In this document: positions 20,944 through 31,997 of the stretch, one piece after another
How positions within the stretch are numbered: the first letter of the stretch is position 1
How the letters are laid out: each line of letters opens with the position of its first letter
From: an uncultured delta proteobacterium
GTDB taxonomy: Bacteria > Myxococcota > B64-G9
Direction of reading: 5' to 3'
Length of the DNA stretch: 64,000 nucleotides
Assembly (NCBI GenBank): GCA_963754925.1
Contig: CAVWHX010000004.1
Span: 928,001-992,000, forward strand
Translations under genes and position numbers: made by a program
The notes under the pieces: generated by a model
Databases searched by the model: none
What the model was told of the DNA's origin: nothing
What the model saw: only the letters and a program-made list of their open reading frames with translations

Positions 20944-22446
20944 TCATTTTTCAATATTAACTTCAACGGTAATCTTACGGTCGGCGTCGGCGAGCGCCAA
21001 GGCAGTAGCAAAGCGGTCGATGAGATCACGCATATCGGTATAGCTGCAACCAAAACGCGCTATCAACAGCGAAAAAACAAATACTTCTTTGCCGCGCGAG
21101 AATACATACCCTGCCAGCGTGCGTACATTCCAGAGGGCGCCGGTTTTAAGTCGCATCGAGCGGATGAGCAACGGGTGGGTGAAGTGACCTGCCACGGTCC
21201 CGTCGGCCCCCGCCACGGCCAACGAGGCAAGAAAATCCGGTTGTACGTCGTGACGGTTCCACATATAGCGCAGCAGAGCCACAACCTGCGAGCTGGTCAC
21301 CCGGTTGGTGTCGTTAAGCCCGGAACCGTTGTGCAACACGTACGAACCGATCGGGATGCCGACTTCCTCGAGAAAAGAATTCATCACCTGCTGGCCTTTC
21401 CACCAGGAGCCAGGCGGGTCAAAAAATTCGGCACCGAGGGTCTTCCACAATTGCTCGGCCATGAAATTCTGGCTGCGTTTATTGACCGTGCGCGCGAGTT
21501 CCCCCAAACTTTCCGAAAACAGCGTGTAGTATGGCTCGATGCCGACCGGCACCGTACCGCGTTGCACCGGGCCTACAATGAGGACACCTTGATTTTTCAG
21601 CAGCTCGCGAAACGTGTAACCAGTATACAAGGCGGGGTGAATTATCCTGCAGAAATCGCGGGTCGTCTCCTCGGCGGGGTTGATTCGGCCCGTAACCGTA
21701 ATCCGAGAGCGACTGCCGAACGGTTCGACTACCGCCCGCAAGCTTGTCGATAGGGGTCGCGTGGTCACGTTATTGACGAGAGCGAGGTAATCGGAGTTGG
21801 GAAATAATTCCACCCGGGCCGGCTCCCCCGGCTTATGCCCGGGGTACGCGAAAATCGACACCGCGTTAAAATTCAAACTCACGGCGCTGGTCGGGGCCAT
21901 ATAGGCATGGGAGCTATCGTCCTGGCGCCAACCTGGTCCTGCCGCGATATCATCAAAGAAGCTGTCGTCCACGACCAACGGTCCGTCAACCTGCTTTAAA
22001 CCCAAGGCGCGTAGCTCCATGGCCAGCTCGAGCAGCTTTTCGGTCACCAAGAACGGATCACCGTACCCTTTGAGATAGATCGGACCTTTTACCGCGCCGT
22101 CGATAGGTTTGTCGGCGAGATAGATTTCGGTCTTGAAACGGTAGTCCGGATGCAGCAGGCTCAACGCCGCCGCCGTGGTGAAGATCTTCGATACCGACGC
22201 CGGATTTACCAACGCATCGGGTTGATGGGCAAAGACGGTCTGGCCGGTGGTGAGGCTGTCTACCCGTGCTGAGATCACAGCGCCCTGCAACCGTGGGTCC
22301 GTTATCACTGCTTGCAGCTCATTCGTTAACCACCGGCCCTCGCCCGGCGGCGCCGATTCTTGATCCTTGACGGCCAGCGCCGGCGTTTGAGCGCCGGTGA
22401 ACCGGGAGCAGCATAGAAATATGATTACATATAAGAACCGTTTCAT
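20944..22446 (-). CDS. dacB: D-Ala-D-Ala carboxypeptidase/endopeptidase (PBP4, S13)
   Basis: PASVSK (SxxK), SQN (SxN), KTG, GYGDP, NGSGL; signal peptide from ATG 22446. Confidence 0.93.
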   Translation of the reverse strand: MKRFLYVIIFLCCSRFTGAQTPALAVKDQESAPPGEGRWLTNELQAVITDPRLQGAVISARVDSLTTGQTVFAHQPDALVNPASVSKIFTTAAALSLLHPDYRFKTEIYLADKPIDGAVKGPIYLKGYGDPFLVTEKLLELAMELRALGLKQVDGPLVVDDSFFDDIAAGPGWRQDDSSHAYMAPTSAVSLNFNAVSIFAYPGHKPGEPARVELFPNSDYLALVNNVTTRPLSTSLRAVVEPFGSRSRITVTGRINPAEETTRDFCRIIHPALYTGYTFRELLKNQGVLIVGPVQRGTVPVGIEPYYTLFSESLGELARTVNKRSQNFMAEQLWKTLGAEFFDPPGSWWKGQQVMNSFLEEVGIPIGSYVLHNGSGLNDTNRVTSSQVVALLRYMWNRHDVQPDFLASLAVAGADGTVAGHFTHPLLIRSMRLKTGALWNVRTLAGYVFSRGKEVFVFSLLIARFGCSYTDMRDLIDRFATALALADADRKITVEVNIEK

Positions 22447-22578
22447 CGTATTCTCGAAACCACTTGGCAGTATCACACCAGCCCGGTAAACTACGGCTGA
22501 TGAGGGTAAGGCTAACACAGTAACCAAAAGGGTCAACAACGCGTCTACATGCCTGTGCACCGGCAGCGGTGATACCTG

Positions 22579-23658
22579 ATGCAGAAGCTGGATCAACAGA
22601 TAGCTCGCCTGTTCGTGGTTGGGTTTGATGGAACGCAACCCGACCCGACCTTGGGCGCGCTTTTACAGAACGGCCTCGGCGGCGTGATCCTCTTTTCCCG
22701 CAACCTGCCCGATGTGGATACCGCCCTCGATCTCAACCGGCAGCTCATGGAGCACGCACAGGGTCCGTTTCTGCTTTGTCTCGATCAAGAGGGCGGTCGC
22801 GTCCAGCGCCTTCCTCCCCCGATTCTGCAATTGCCGCCCATGCGGTTTCTGGGGGAGAGGGGCGACGTAGCTCTATGCCGGACGACGGGAAAGCAGCTCG
22901 GTGCAGAACTTGCCGCGGCCGGCTTTCATATGAATCTCGCTCCGGTCTTGGACGTCGATTCAAACCCCCAAAACCCCGTGATCGGCGACCGGGCTTTCGG
23001 AAAGTCTCCCGATATCGTCGCCGCGCTCGGAGTAGCTTTTGGTTTAGGCTTGCAGGAGAGCGGCGTCGCTAGTTGCGCCAAACATTTTCCTGGACACGGT
23101 GACACCTCCCAGGACAGTCATCTTACCTTGCCAGATTTGGACGTTGATATCTCACGACTTCACGAACAGGAGTTGTTGCCTTTCAAAGTGGCGGTGGAGG
23201 CCGGCATCGCCGCTTTCATGATGGCCCATCTTCGCGTCGCCGCGCTGGATCCTTCTCAAGCGTGCTCGCTATCCGAAAGCGCATACCGGCTTGCTCGCGT
23301 GGAGGTCGGTTTCGCAGGTCCCATACTGACTGATGATCTCGAAATGAAGGCGGTCGCCGATGATCCCGGTGTGATGAAAGCGGCGCTCAGGGCAATCGCG
23401 GCCGGTGCGGATGCGGTGCTGATATGCAATCATCCAGATGTGGCTGCCTCAGCAATCCAAGAGATCACTGCAGCCGTCGAGCGCGGCGAGCTACCCCGGG
23501 GGAGAATCGAGCAGGCCAATCATCGACTCGACCGATTGCACCGCGCCTATGCATTCGATAAGCGCCGTCCCGATCCCGCAAAGCTGAGCGAATTAATCAA
23601 CAGTTCTTACCGACGCACGCTCGAACAGCGCCTCGCAACGCTCGCTCCCGTGACGTAA
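22579..23658 (+). CDS. nagZ: Beta-N-acetylhexosaminidase (GH3)
   Basis: GGVILFSRN, DQEGGRVQR, KHFPGHGDTSQDSH, TDDLEMKA. Confidence 0.95.
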   Translation: MQKLDQQIARLFVVGFDGTQPDPTLGALLQNGLGGVILFSRNLPDVDTALDLNRQLMEHAQGPFLLCLDQEGGRVQRLPPPILQLPPMRFLGERGDVALCRTTGKQLGAELAAAGFHMNLAPVLDVDSNPQNPVIGDRAFGKSPDIVAALGVAFGLGLQESGVASCAKHFPGHGDTSQDSHLTLPDLDVDISRLHEQELLPFKVAVEAGIAAFMMAHLRVAALDPSQACSLSESAYRLARVEVGFAGPILTDDLEMKAVADDPGVMKAALRAIAAGADAVLICNHPDVAASAIQEITAAVERGELPRGRIEQANHRLDRLHRAYAFDKRRPDPAKLSELINSSYRRTLEQRLATLAPVT

Positions 23659-23729
23659 CGTGATAGTGGTAATGACTCGGTGAAGGACACTATACCCGTC
23701 GTAGAGGTATTCCCATTACAGTCAATTAG

Positions 23730-24482
23730 TTAACTATCCGTTTTTAGCGTCGATACTGTTTCGATCTCTGTCTTTTCCGGTGGAGGGGTTGAGATAGCAG
23801 CGTCGACCGGTTCGCGTGATGGCGGATTCGAGGAAGGAGCGCCGAGCATACGTTCGAGGCTCGCAATCTTTTCAAGGGCGAGATCGAGCTTGCTCTTCGT
23901 TATCCGGTAGACCTGTGCGTCGGTTCGGGTCTTCTTGCGAGCCTGTTCGAGCTTTTCCTGCAGAGCGGCCGCCTCCGTCTCGAGTTTCTTGTGGCGTTCT
24001 GATTCACCGCGCTCGGCCTTGAGCGCATCCTCGTGGCGCGCTTTCAGGGCTTGTTTGGCCATCGCGAGCTCTCCCTTGAGCTTCTCCAGTTGCTCAAGTG
24101 AGTAATTTTTCTCTTCGTTCGCTCGCGCCGCCGCCGCCAAAGCCTGGTGGGCCTGTGCACGGGTCTCTAACAGAATGTCGTCGTCCTGCGGCGTGACGGC
24201 CGGGGGAACGGTCGCTTTTTCTTTGTCTTGCTGCTCGAGTTCAAAAGCCCTCTTCTTGGCCTTTTTGGCTTCCTCGCGAAACCGGTCGAGTTTGCTCCGT
24301 ATCTCGTCAGCCTCTTTAGACTTTGTTTCGAGCTGCATTCGAAACTCGCGCAGCCGCTGTTCGCTCTCGGCAAGCCGTGCGGATAATTCCGAGAGCGCCT
24401 TACTGCTCCGAGCGTTGGTCATCGCCAGAATCACCACAGCCGCCAGGCACAGTACCGCTACCACAATCAGAATGGCTTCCAT
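23730..24482 (-). CDS. Membrane-anchored coiled-coil protein
   Basis: N-terminal TM followed by a long E/K/A/R heptad-rich helix; SD AGGAGG. Confidence 0.75.
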   Translation of the reverse strand: MEAILIVVAVLCLAAVVILAMTNARSSKALSELSARLAESEQRLREFRMQLETKSKEADEIRSKLDRFREEAKKAKKRAFELEQQDKEKATVPPAVTPQDDDILLETRAQAHQALAAAARANEEKNYSLEQLEKLKGELAMAKQALKARHEDALKAERGESERHKKLETEAAALQEKLEQARKKTRTDAQVYRITKSKLDLALEKIASLERMLGAPSSNPPSREPVDAAISTPPPEKTEIETVSTLKTDS

Positions 24483-24671
24483 CTTCGGCGACCTCCTGAT
24501 GGAGGGCTGTTAAGATAACGACCAGTCGAGGCACACGCTAGCATACTTCCCCTCAAAGATAAAAGAGGTCTGTGTCCAACCTCCCGTGGGAGTTGACAGG
24601 GCGACCAGGCTTTGAAATGGTGGGTCCAGACACGCGTGGTGTCCGAGCGGTTTTTGGCCAGGAGGTGGATT

Positions 24672-27651
24672 TTGGCCCATCGGGTGGAGATTGGGCTGTT
24701 AGATAGCATGCGGGATGCAGCCGGCGAAAAACTCGTGCGCCGCATACACTCTGAACTGGGTATCGAGGTTGGTCGGGCGCGCTGCATCGACGTTTATACG
24801 ATTGCGGCCGATTTGAGTGCGGCCGAGCTTGAGCTGGTTGCGAACTCGGTCCTTCGCGATCCCATCATTCAGCAGGTGACCATCGATCAACCGCTGGCCG
24901 GTCCTTTCGATTGGGCGATCGAGGTGGGTCTGCGCCCGGGAGTCACCGACAACGTCGGCCGCACCGCGCGCGAGGTGATCGCGCTCGCGCTCGATCGACC
25001 CTTTTCGGAAGATGAGGGCGTCTACACCTCCCATCAATACCGCTTCAGCGGGCGTCTTACCCAGGGCCAGGTTGAGCACATCGCCGAAAAGTTGCTGGCC
25101 AACGCTTTGATCCAGCACTGGCGCGCTCTTGACGCCACACACTTCGCTCGTGAAAGCGGCTTTACCCCGATAGTACCGCGCGTGTTAGGGATCGGTCGCC
25201 GGCCGGTCGAGGCGCTTTCGCTCGAAGGCAGCGACAGCGAACTCGATTTTCTCAGCCGCTCGCGAGTCCTGGCGCTCAATCTCAACGAGCTGCACGCCAT
25301 CTGTGATTACTATCGCCGTCCCGACGTGCGCGCCGCCCGAAAGCAGGAGAATCTGCCGCTCGATCCCACCGATGTCGAGATCGAGGCCCTGGCGCAGACG
25401 TGGTCCGAGCACTGCAAACACAAGATCTTCAATGCCCGCATTCGGTATCACGAGGATGACCGGCCGGTTGAAGAGATCGATTCATTGTTCGACACCTATA
25501 TCCGCGGATTGACCGAGCGCGTACGCGCAGCCAAAGGCGCTGCCGATCTGTGTCTAAGCGTTTTTTCTGACAACGCCGGGGTCATCCGTTTCAATCGCGA
25601 TTGGAGCCTGGTGTTCAAGGTTGAGACTCACAACAGTCCCTCTGCGCTCGATCCCTATGGCGGTGCGCTGACCGGCATCGTTGGAGTCAACCGCGATCCG
25701 CTCGGCACCGGCATGGGAGCGCGTTTGATCTTCAACACCGATGTGTTCTGCTTGGCCGATCCGAACCGCACCGTAACGATCCCGCGCGGTCTGTTGCATC
25801 CGCGCCGCATTCTTGAGGGGGTCCGCGAAGGAGTTGAGCACGGCGGCAACAAGAGCGGCATTCCCACCATCAACGGATCGCTTTCATTCGACGAGCGTTT
25901 CCTGGGCAAGCCGTTGGTGTTTTGCGGAACGGCCGGCCTGCTCCCGGCCCTGGTAAACGGTAAGCCCGGTTACCAGAAGGAAGTTAAACCGGGCGATCGT
26001 ATTATCATGGTCGGCGGGCGGATCGGCAAAGATGGCATTCACGGTGCGACCTTTTCTAGCGAGGAGCTCCATGAGGGTTCGCCGGTCAGCGCCGTTCAGA
26101 TTGGCGATCCGATCACTCAAAAACGTATGACCGATTTTTTATTGTGCGCGCGCGATCAGGGTTTGTACCGCGCATTGACCGACAACGGCGCCGGTGGATT
26201 GAGCTCGTCGGTCGGCGAAATGGCCCAAGGACCGGGCGGTTGCGAATTGGATCTGACAAACGCGCCTCTTAAAGTACGCCGGACTTTCCGCGTGGGAGAT
26301 CCTCCTGAGTGAAGCGCAGGAACGCATGACCGTCGCCGTACCGCCGGATCGGCTTTCCGTATTCATGGCGCTTGCGAAACGGTACCAGGTCGAAGCGACC
26401 GACCTCGGTGGTTTCACAAATAGTGGATTTTTCCGGGTCTATGACCAAGGTCAAATGGTAGCTTCGTTGCAGATGGAGTTTCTCCATCACGGCCTGCCGC
26501 AGCTTCTGCTCAACGCGCGTTTTTCCTCGCCAGCCCAAACAGAAGCGGCGCTGGACGCGCCCGCTGCCATGGCGTCAGTGCTGCGGGGGATGCTCTCGAG
26601 GCTCAATATTTGTTCAAAGGCCTATTGGGTGCGTCAATACGATCACGAGGTCCAGGCCGGCACGGTGATTAAACCGCTCGCCGGGGCGCGCGATGATGGA
26701 CCTTCGGATGCGTCCGTGTTTCGACCGCTGCTCGACTCTTTCGAGGCCGTCGCCGTCAGCCACGGGATCTGTCCACGGTACAGCGACCGAGATACCTATA
26801 ACATGGCAGCCTGCGCCGTGGATGAAGCGGTTCGCAACGCCCTGTGTGTCGGCGCCGACCCCGATCGTCTGGCCGGCCTCGACAACTTTTGCTGGTGCGA
26901 TCCCATCCAGAGTCCGACTAATCCTGACGGCGAATTCAAGCTTGGACAACTCGTGCGGGCCGCGCGCGGACTATACGACACGTGTATCGCGTACGGCATC
27001 CCGTGCATATCGGGAAAAGACAGCATGAAGAACGACGCGGTGATCGAGGGACGTCGCATCTCGATACCGCCCACGTTGTTGTTTTCGCTCCTTGGTAAGC
27101 TCGACGACGCCCGTCAGGCGGTGTCGATGGATGTGAAGGCACCGGACGATCTGGTTTATGTGCTCGGATTGACCCGTCCCGAGCTTGGCGCGTCGGAATA
27201 CTATCAGTACCGTGGCGTAAGCGGCGGCATCGCGCCCAAGGTGAGGGTCACGGAAACGCGGCCTTTGTACCAAGCGCTCCATCGAGCGATTCGAGACGGT
27301 CAGGTCGCCTCGTGCCATGACTGTTCGGACGGCGGGTTGGCAGTGGCGCTGGCCGAAAGCGCTTTTGCTGGCGATTTCGGCCTACGCGTTGACCTACGGC
27401 TGGTGCCTAGGGTTGATATCGATCGCAACGACCGCTGTCTGTTTTCCGAAAGCCCGGGACGATTCGTGGTTACGGTGAAGCCCGAACACACCAAAGCGTT
27501 TGAACGGCACTTGTTTGGATGCGCCTCGGCCCGGGTGGGTGTCGTTACCGATGAGCAGCGATTAAGCGTGATCGGTGTTGGCGGTGATACGATTCTCGCG
27601 GAGCCGCTTGAGGAGTTGCGGCAAGCATGGGTCAAGCCATTAGATTATTAG
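24672..27651 (+). CDS. purL: FGAM synthase PurL with fused PurS-like N-terminus, apparent +1 frameshift at 26269-26273
   Basis: QTWSEHCKHKIFN, KVETHNSPSALDPYGGALTG, DNGAGGLSSS. Removing one A gives APLKYAGLSAWEILLSEAQERM, which joins ORF 26326-27651 (LDNFCW, GKDSMKN, HDCSDGG). TTG start with SD GGAGG. Confidence 0.93.
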
Positions 27652-27670
27652 AACGGTAAGGAGAAAACCT

Positions 27671-28495
27671 ATGGCCTTAGTTAAGGCCCTGGTACTGAGC
27701 GGCAACGGTATTAACTGCGAACGTGAAACCGCTTTCGCCTGCCAGGCTGCGGGCGCCGATCACGTAGAGATAGTACCGATCTGGAACCTCTTGGCTGGCG
27801 AGAAACACATACACGATTATAACCTGTTGTGTCTTCCCGGTGGATTCATGGATGGCGACGATCTGGGATCGGCGCGCGCTGCCGCCAATTATTTTCGATA
27901 TGCGCGTATTGCCGGAACCAACCGACGGCTCTGGGACGATCTGAAGGACTTCATCGCGGCGGGCAAGCTGGTATTTGGGATCTGCAACGGTTTTCAGCTG
28001 CTCGTTAAGTTAGGTATTCTCCCCGGGATCGACCCGCGGTCAGTAGACCAAAGCGTCACGTTGACTAACAATGACTCGGGGCGGTTCGAGGATCGTTGGG
28101 TAGAGCTGGCGGCCGATCCGCAGAGCGTGTGCATTTTCACCGGCGGCCTTTCGCGCCTTCCGGCTCCGGTTCGCCACGGAGAGGGAAAACTCGTTGCGCC
28201 CTCAGAAGTTCTCACAACGCTTTCAGGGCGACACTTGATCCCGTTACGCTATGCCGATCCGGCGACGGGCAATCCCACGATGAGCTACCCAGCTAACCCC
28301 AATGGATCTCCCGACGGAATCGCGGCACTCTGCAGCCCGTCGGGACGGGTGTTCGGGATGATGCCGCATCCCGAGTGCTTCTTGCACCGCACCCACCATC
28401 CGCGCTGGACGCGACTGCAAAAACTTCCCGATGAGGGCCTGGGCTTGCGGCTCTTTCGAAACGCGGTAGAGTTCTTGCGTAATAATACAAACTAG
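27671..28495 (+). CDS. purQ: FGAM synthase glutaminase subunit PurQ
   Basis: GINCERET, GICNGFQ, NDSGRFEDRW, RHGEGK, NPNGS, MMPHPE. Confidence 0.96.
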   Translation: MALVKALVLSGNGINCERETAFACQAAGADHVEIVPIWNLLAGEKHIHDYNLLCLPGGFMDGDDLGSARAAANYFRYARIAGTNRRLWDDLKDFIAAGKLVFGICNGFQLLVKLGILPGIDPRSVDQSVTLTNNDSGRFEDRWVELAADPQSVCIFTGGLSRLPAPVRHGEGKLVAPSEVLTTLSGRHLIPLRYADPATGNPTMSYPANPNGSPDGIAALCSPSGRVFGMMPHPECFLHRTHHPRWTRLQKLPDEGLGLRLFRNAVEFLRNNTN

Positions 28496-28557
28496 ACTCT
28501 ATAGAGTCATCCCCGCGAAACGAAAAGATCTACTCAGTTATCTTTAAGCCACCAACA

Positions 28558-29475
28558 TTAACCGGCCGTTTTTGAGGCTACCGCGATGATATTGGCTGTC
28601 CAGTCTGGCCGCTCAACAGCAGGATCGTCAACCTCCGGCTCGGCGATATACAGCTCTGATCCGGGAAGGAGCCGGTGAAGAGTCTCTCCGTGCTTGCGGC
28701 TGGCTTCGTGGTTATCGTGTGCATTGGTGTATACCAGCCTCAACATCAACGCTGGCCTCTTCTCTCGCAGGCGTCGGATGACGGCCGTAACCTCGCGATT
28801 GAAGACCGGTCCGATGGTCTGAGCCAGGATGCTCACGGTGCGCCTGGTTAGCTCCAGGCTGGCAAACCGACGCTCCATATAGCGGATTTCTTGCTGAGAA
28901 ACCAAATCTGACCGTTTCTTCGGGAGTAACGCCATGGTTGCCCGGTGCGGGTCTTTAAAACATCGATGAGCAAATAGTCTCAAAGCAAAACGGCGCGACA
29001 ACCATGCCCCCCGCAGCCGTCGCGTCAGTGGATGTTGCAACGATGATCCGAGGACCACAACCGCGGTAAGCGCCTCCGGCTGCGAAACCGCTAGATCTAA
29101 TGCGGCGATTCCACATTCAGCCTGGCCGACCATCACCGGTCGGTTGATGCCGAGCGCTATGATGAGCGCGAGAATAGACTGAGCGAGTTTCTCGGGAAGG
29201 ACATCCGTTGGCTCGTCGATCAGATCCAGAACCTCCGGAACGAACACGCGGTGTTCCCGTTGCAGGGGGTATATCAAGTTTCGAAACGAAAAGATCGAGG
29301 CCCACGGTCCATGCAGTAACACCAACGGTCTTCCCTGGCCGGCCTCCCTAAAACGCACCACACGACCCTGACCCGCGGGAGCGGCACCGGGTAGCAACAG
29401 TTTCTGCTCTTGCAGAACCAGGAGGGGATGTTCCTCGGCGGGAAGCTCAGGGATGTCGGCCAGAAAGGCGCGCAT
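28558..29475 (-). CDS. Alpha/beta-hydrolase-fold protein, catalytic motifs degenerate
   Basis: GRPLVLLHG, HRVFVPE; GQAECG at the nucleophile elbow; ..ERPD at the C-terminus with no catalytic His. Confidence 0.75.
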   Translation of the reverse strand: MRAFLADIPELPAEEHPLLVLQEQKLLLPGAAPAGQGRVVRFREAGQGRPLVLLHGPWASIFSFRNLIYPLQREHRVFVPEVLDLIDEPTDVLPEKLAQSILALIIALGINRPVMVGQAECGIAALDLAVSQPEALTAVVVLGSSLQHPLTRRLRGAWLSRRFALRLFAHRCFKDPHRATMALLPKKRSDLVSQQEIRYMERRFASLELTRRTVSILAQTIGPVFNREVTAVIRRLREKRPALMLRLVYTNAHDNHEASRKHGETLHRLLPGSELYIAEPEVDDPAVERPDWTANIIAVASKTAG

Positions 29476-29577
29476 GCTTTACCACCCCGGGCGAGCCGCG
29501 ACGCTTGACCTGGAGCCGCTGCGGTTCATCGATATGGTTAACTGCTGCACGGATGCGATCACGGTGTGTGCAGAGCC

Positions 29578-30870
29578 TCAGTCGACGATGGCGCGAATAA
29601 ACGATGTCGCCTCTAAAACGAAATCACAGCTATCAATTGCCGAGATGGCTTTACGAAAATCTGCCTCCCGCGCTGAATGGGTTAGTATCACCACGGGCAC
29701 GACGCCGTCCGGGCGTTTTTCTTTCTGGATCACCATCTGGATCGATATGCGGTTGCGGCCGAGCTCGGTGGCTATTCTGCCAAGCACCCCAAATTGGTCG
29801 GCAACATTAAAGCGTATGAAATAGTGCGTGTGCGTCTCGTCCATTGAAAGCACGCTGCCCGGTGCAGGAACGGCTACCCTCCCGCCAGCGGCGACGGCCG
29901 GCATCCGCCGCCATCGCGCAGCATCAATGATATCAGCGACCACGGCGCTGGCTGTCGGCATCTGCCCCGCGCCCCGTCCGTAGAACATCAGCCGACCGGC
30001 CGCATCGGCTTCGATCAACACGGCGTTGAAAGAACCGCTCACCGATGCCAAGGGATGATGTCGCTCGAGCAGCACCGGGTGGACCCTCAACTCAAAGCCA
30101 TTTTTCGAGTTTCGCCCGATGGCCAGTAGTTTAACCAGGTAGCCCATCTCGGTCGCGTACCGGATATCGTCCGGCTTGATCTTGCTTATCCCCTCAGTAT
30201 AGACGCCGCTCAGCGGAAATACGCGCCCAAAGGCCAGAGCCGCAAGCACCACGAGTTTATGGGCGCTATCGTGTCCCTCTATATCAAGGGTTGGATCCGC
30301 CTCGGCAAAACCTTGCCGCTGAGCATCCCGGAGGGCCGAGCTAAAATCGATACCCCGTTCGTTCATCGCGCTGAGGATAAAATTACAGGTGCCGTTGACG
30401 ATGCCCAAAAAAGACTCGATACGATTGGCGGCCAACCCCTCGCGAACCGATTTGAGCAGAGGAATGCCGCCGGCCACCGCCGCTTCGAAGAAAAGCGCTG
30501 ATCCGCCCGATGCGGTAACGTTTGTCAATTCACGAAAGCTCTCGGCTAAGAGATGTTTGTTTGCGGTAACAACGCTCTGACCATGAGCAAGCGCCCGCGT
30601 GATGAAACTGCGCGCCGGCTCAAGGCCGCCGATGAGCTCGACCACGATATCAATATCCTGCCTGGCAAGAAGCGCGTTGGCGTCAGGGGTGAAGATGTCT
30701 CTGGAAAGATTGAGTGCCGTGGCCCGTTCGGGTTTAACATCGGCGGCGGCAACCAACGCAAGATCGACACCGGTGCGCTGCGCGATTTCTGCCCGACGCT
30801 CCAACAATATCTTTGCTACACCGCTGCCGACGGTTCCGAGACCAATGATACCTACCGACACAGCACTCAT
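29578..30870 (-). CDS. hom: Homoserine dehydrogenase with C-terminal ACT domain
   Basis: GLGTVGSG, VVTANK, FEAAVAGGIP, NGTCNFIL, EADPTLDIEGHDSAHK, GRGAG..PTASAV. Confidence 0.96.
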   Translation of the reverse strand: MSAVSVGIIGLGTVGSGVAKILLERRAEIAQRTGVDLALVAAADVKPERATALNLSRDIFTPDANALLARQDIDIVVELIGGLEPARSFITRALAHGQSVVTANKHLLAESFRELTNVTASGGSALFFEAAVAGGIPLLKSVREGLAANRIESFLGIVNGTCNFILSAMNERGIDFSSALRDAQRQGFAEADPTLDIEGHDSAHKLVVLAALAFGRVFPLSGVYTEGISKIKPDDIRYATEMGYLVKLLAIGRNSKNGFELRVHPVLLERHHPLASVSGSFNAVLIEADAAGRLMFYGRGAGQMPTASAVVADIIDAARWRRMPAVAAGGRVAVPAPGSVLSMDETHTHYFIRFNVADQFGVLGRIATELGRNRISIQMVIQKEKRPDGVVPVVILTHSAREADFRKAISAIDSCDFVLEATSFIRAIVD

Positions 30871-31982
30871 GGATGGCCTCCCTGTACCATCTCTCTGACA
30901 CAACCCGAGGCGACTGTAAAGCGTCTCGTTGAGCCATCCATAAGGCCCTGCAACAAGCTCTCGCTGGTGGTCGTGACCAGCACCTGTGAGCCCAGGCTTA
31001 ATACCTTTGTAAAAAGCAACGTTCTCCGCTGCTCATCGAGCTCGCTCCCGAAGTCATCGAGGAGGATCACCGGCGGATCCCCTCCCTCCGCCGACAGTTC
31101 TTCCACCACCGCGAGCAACAATGCGAGTGCCACCGCCCGCTGCTGCCCTTGAGATCCAAACTGACGTATTGACGCTTCAGAAAAGGTAACATCAAAGTCG
31201 TCGCTTTGGGGTCCGACGACCGCTATTCGGCGCTTCTGATCGTTTTGCTGCACCCGACGTAATTGGTACAATAAGTTCTGTACCTCATCACCGCCTTCCA
31301 TCGACCAACCAGGACAAAAACTAATATTAACCACCGACTGGACCCCAAATAATTCTAAAAGCAGCACAGTCGCTCTCGATGAAATTCTGTTCATTGCCCT
31401 CATGCGACCGGCCGAGACGGCAGCACCGCTTTTCGATAGTGTTTCGGTATAGCTGTCCAACAGCACCGGATCGGGTTTGATGGTTTCGCGCAGCAGACGG
31501 TTGCGGGATCGAAGAGCGGCGGAGAAGTCACGCACGGCAAGTAAATGTAAAGGCTCAAATAAAAATGCCGCCCGATCGAGGAATCGCCGCCGGAGGATCG
31601 GCGGTCCTTTGACCATGATCAAATCATCCGGAGTAAACGCGACGGCTTTGAGGGTGCCCAGGTACTCCGTTAAGGAATGCACCGGTCGCTCGCCGAACCA
31701 CATGCGTCGCCCGCCCGGCTCTATCAAAACCCTCAACCGCAGTGGCGAGCCGTGCATCATGACGACCCCGCGCACCTCGGCCGACGAAGACCCGTGTCGG
31801 ACCAGCTTCCGTATCGATGTTTGTCGAAATGATCTTAAACTCGAAAGAACATAACAAGCTTCAAGAAAATTTGTTTTGCCTTGTCCGTTGTCGCCGACCA
31901 ATACATTCATCCCTGGCGTAAGATCAATTTCTTGATCGACGAGGTTTCTAAACGCATGAAGATGGATGCTGGTTACAAACAA
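30867..31982 (-). CDS. recF: DNA replication/repair protein RecF
   Basis: FRNL, GDNGQGKTNFLEA, RRRFLD, GSQGQQR, LLDDFGSELD. Confidence 0.96.
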   Translation of the reverse strand: MFVTSIHLHAFRNLVDQEIDLTPGMNVLVGDNGQGKTNFLEACYVLSSLRSFRQTSIRKLVRHGSSSAEVRGVVMMHGSPLRLRVLIEPGGRRMWFGERPVHSLTEYLGTLKAVAFTPDDLIMVKGPPILRRRFLDRAAFLFEPLHLLAVRDFSAALRSRNRLLRETIKPDPVLLDSYTETLSKSGAAVSAGRMRAMNRISSRATVLLLELFGVQSVVNISFCPGWSMEGGDEVQNLLYQLRRVQQNDQKRRIAVVGPQSDDFDVTFSEASIRQFGSQGQQRAVALALLLAVVEELSAEGGDPPVILLDDFGSELDEQRRTLLFTKVLSLGSQVLVTTTSESLLQGLMDGSTRRFTVASGCVREMVQGGHP

Positions 31983-31997
31983 AAGCCCTCGAGGTGC

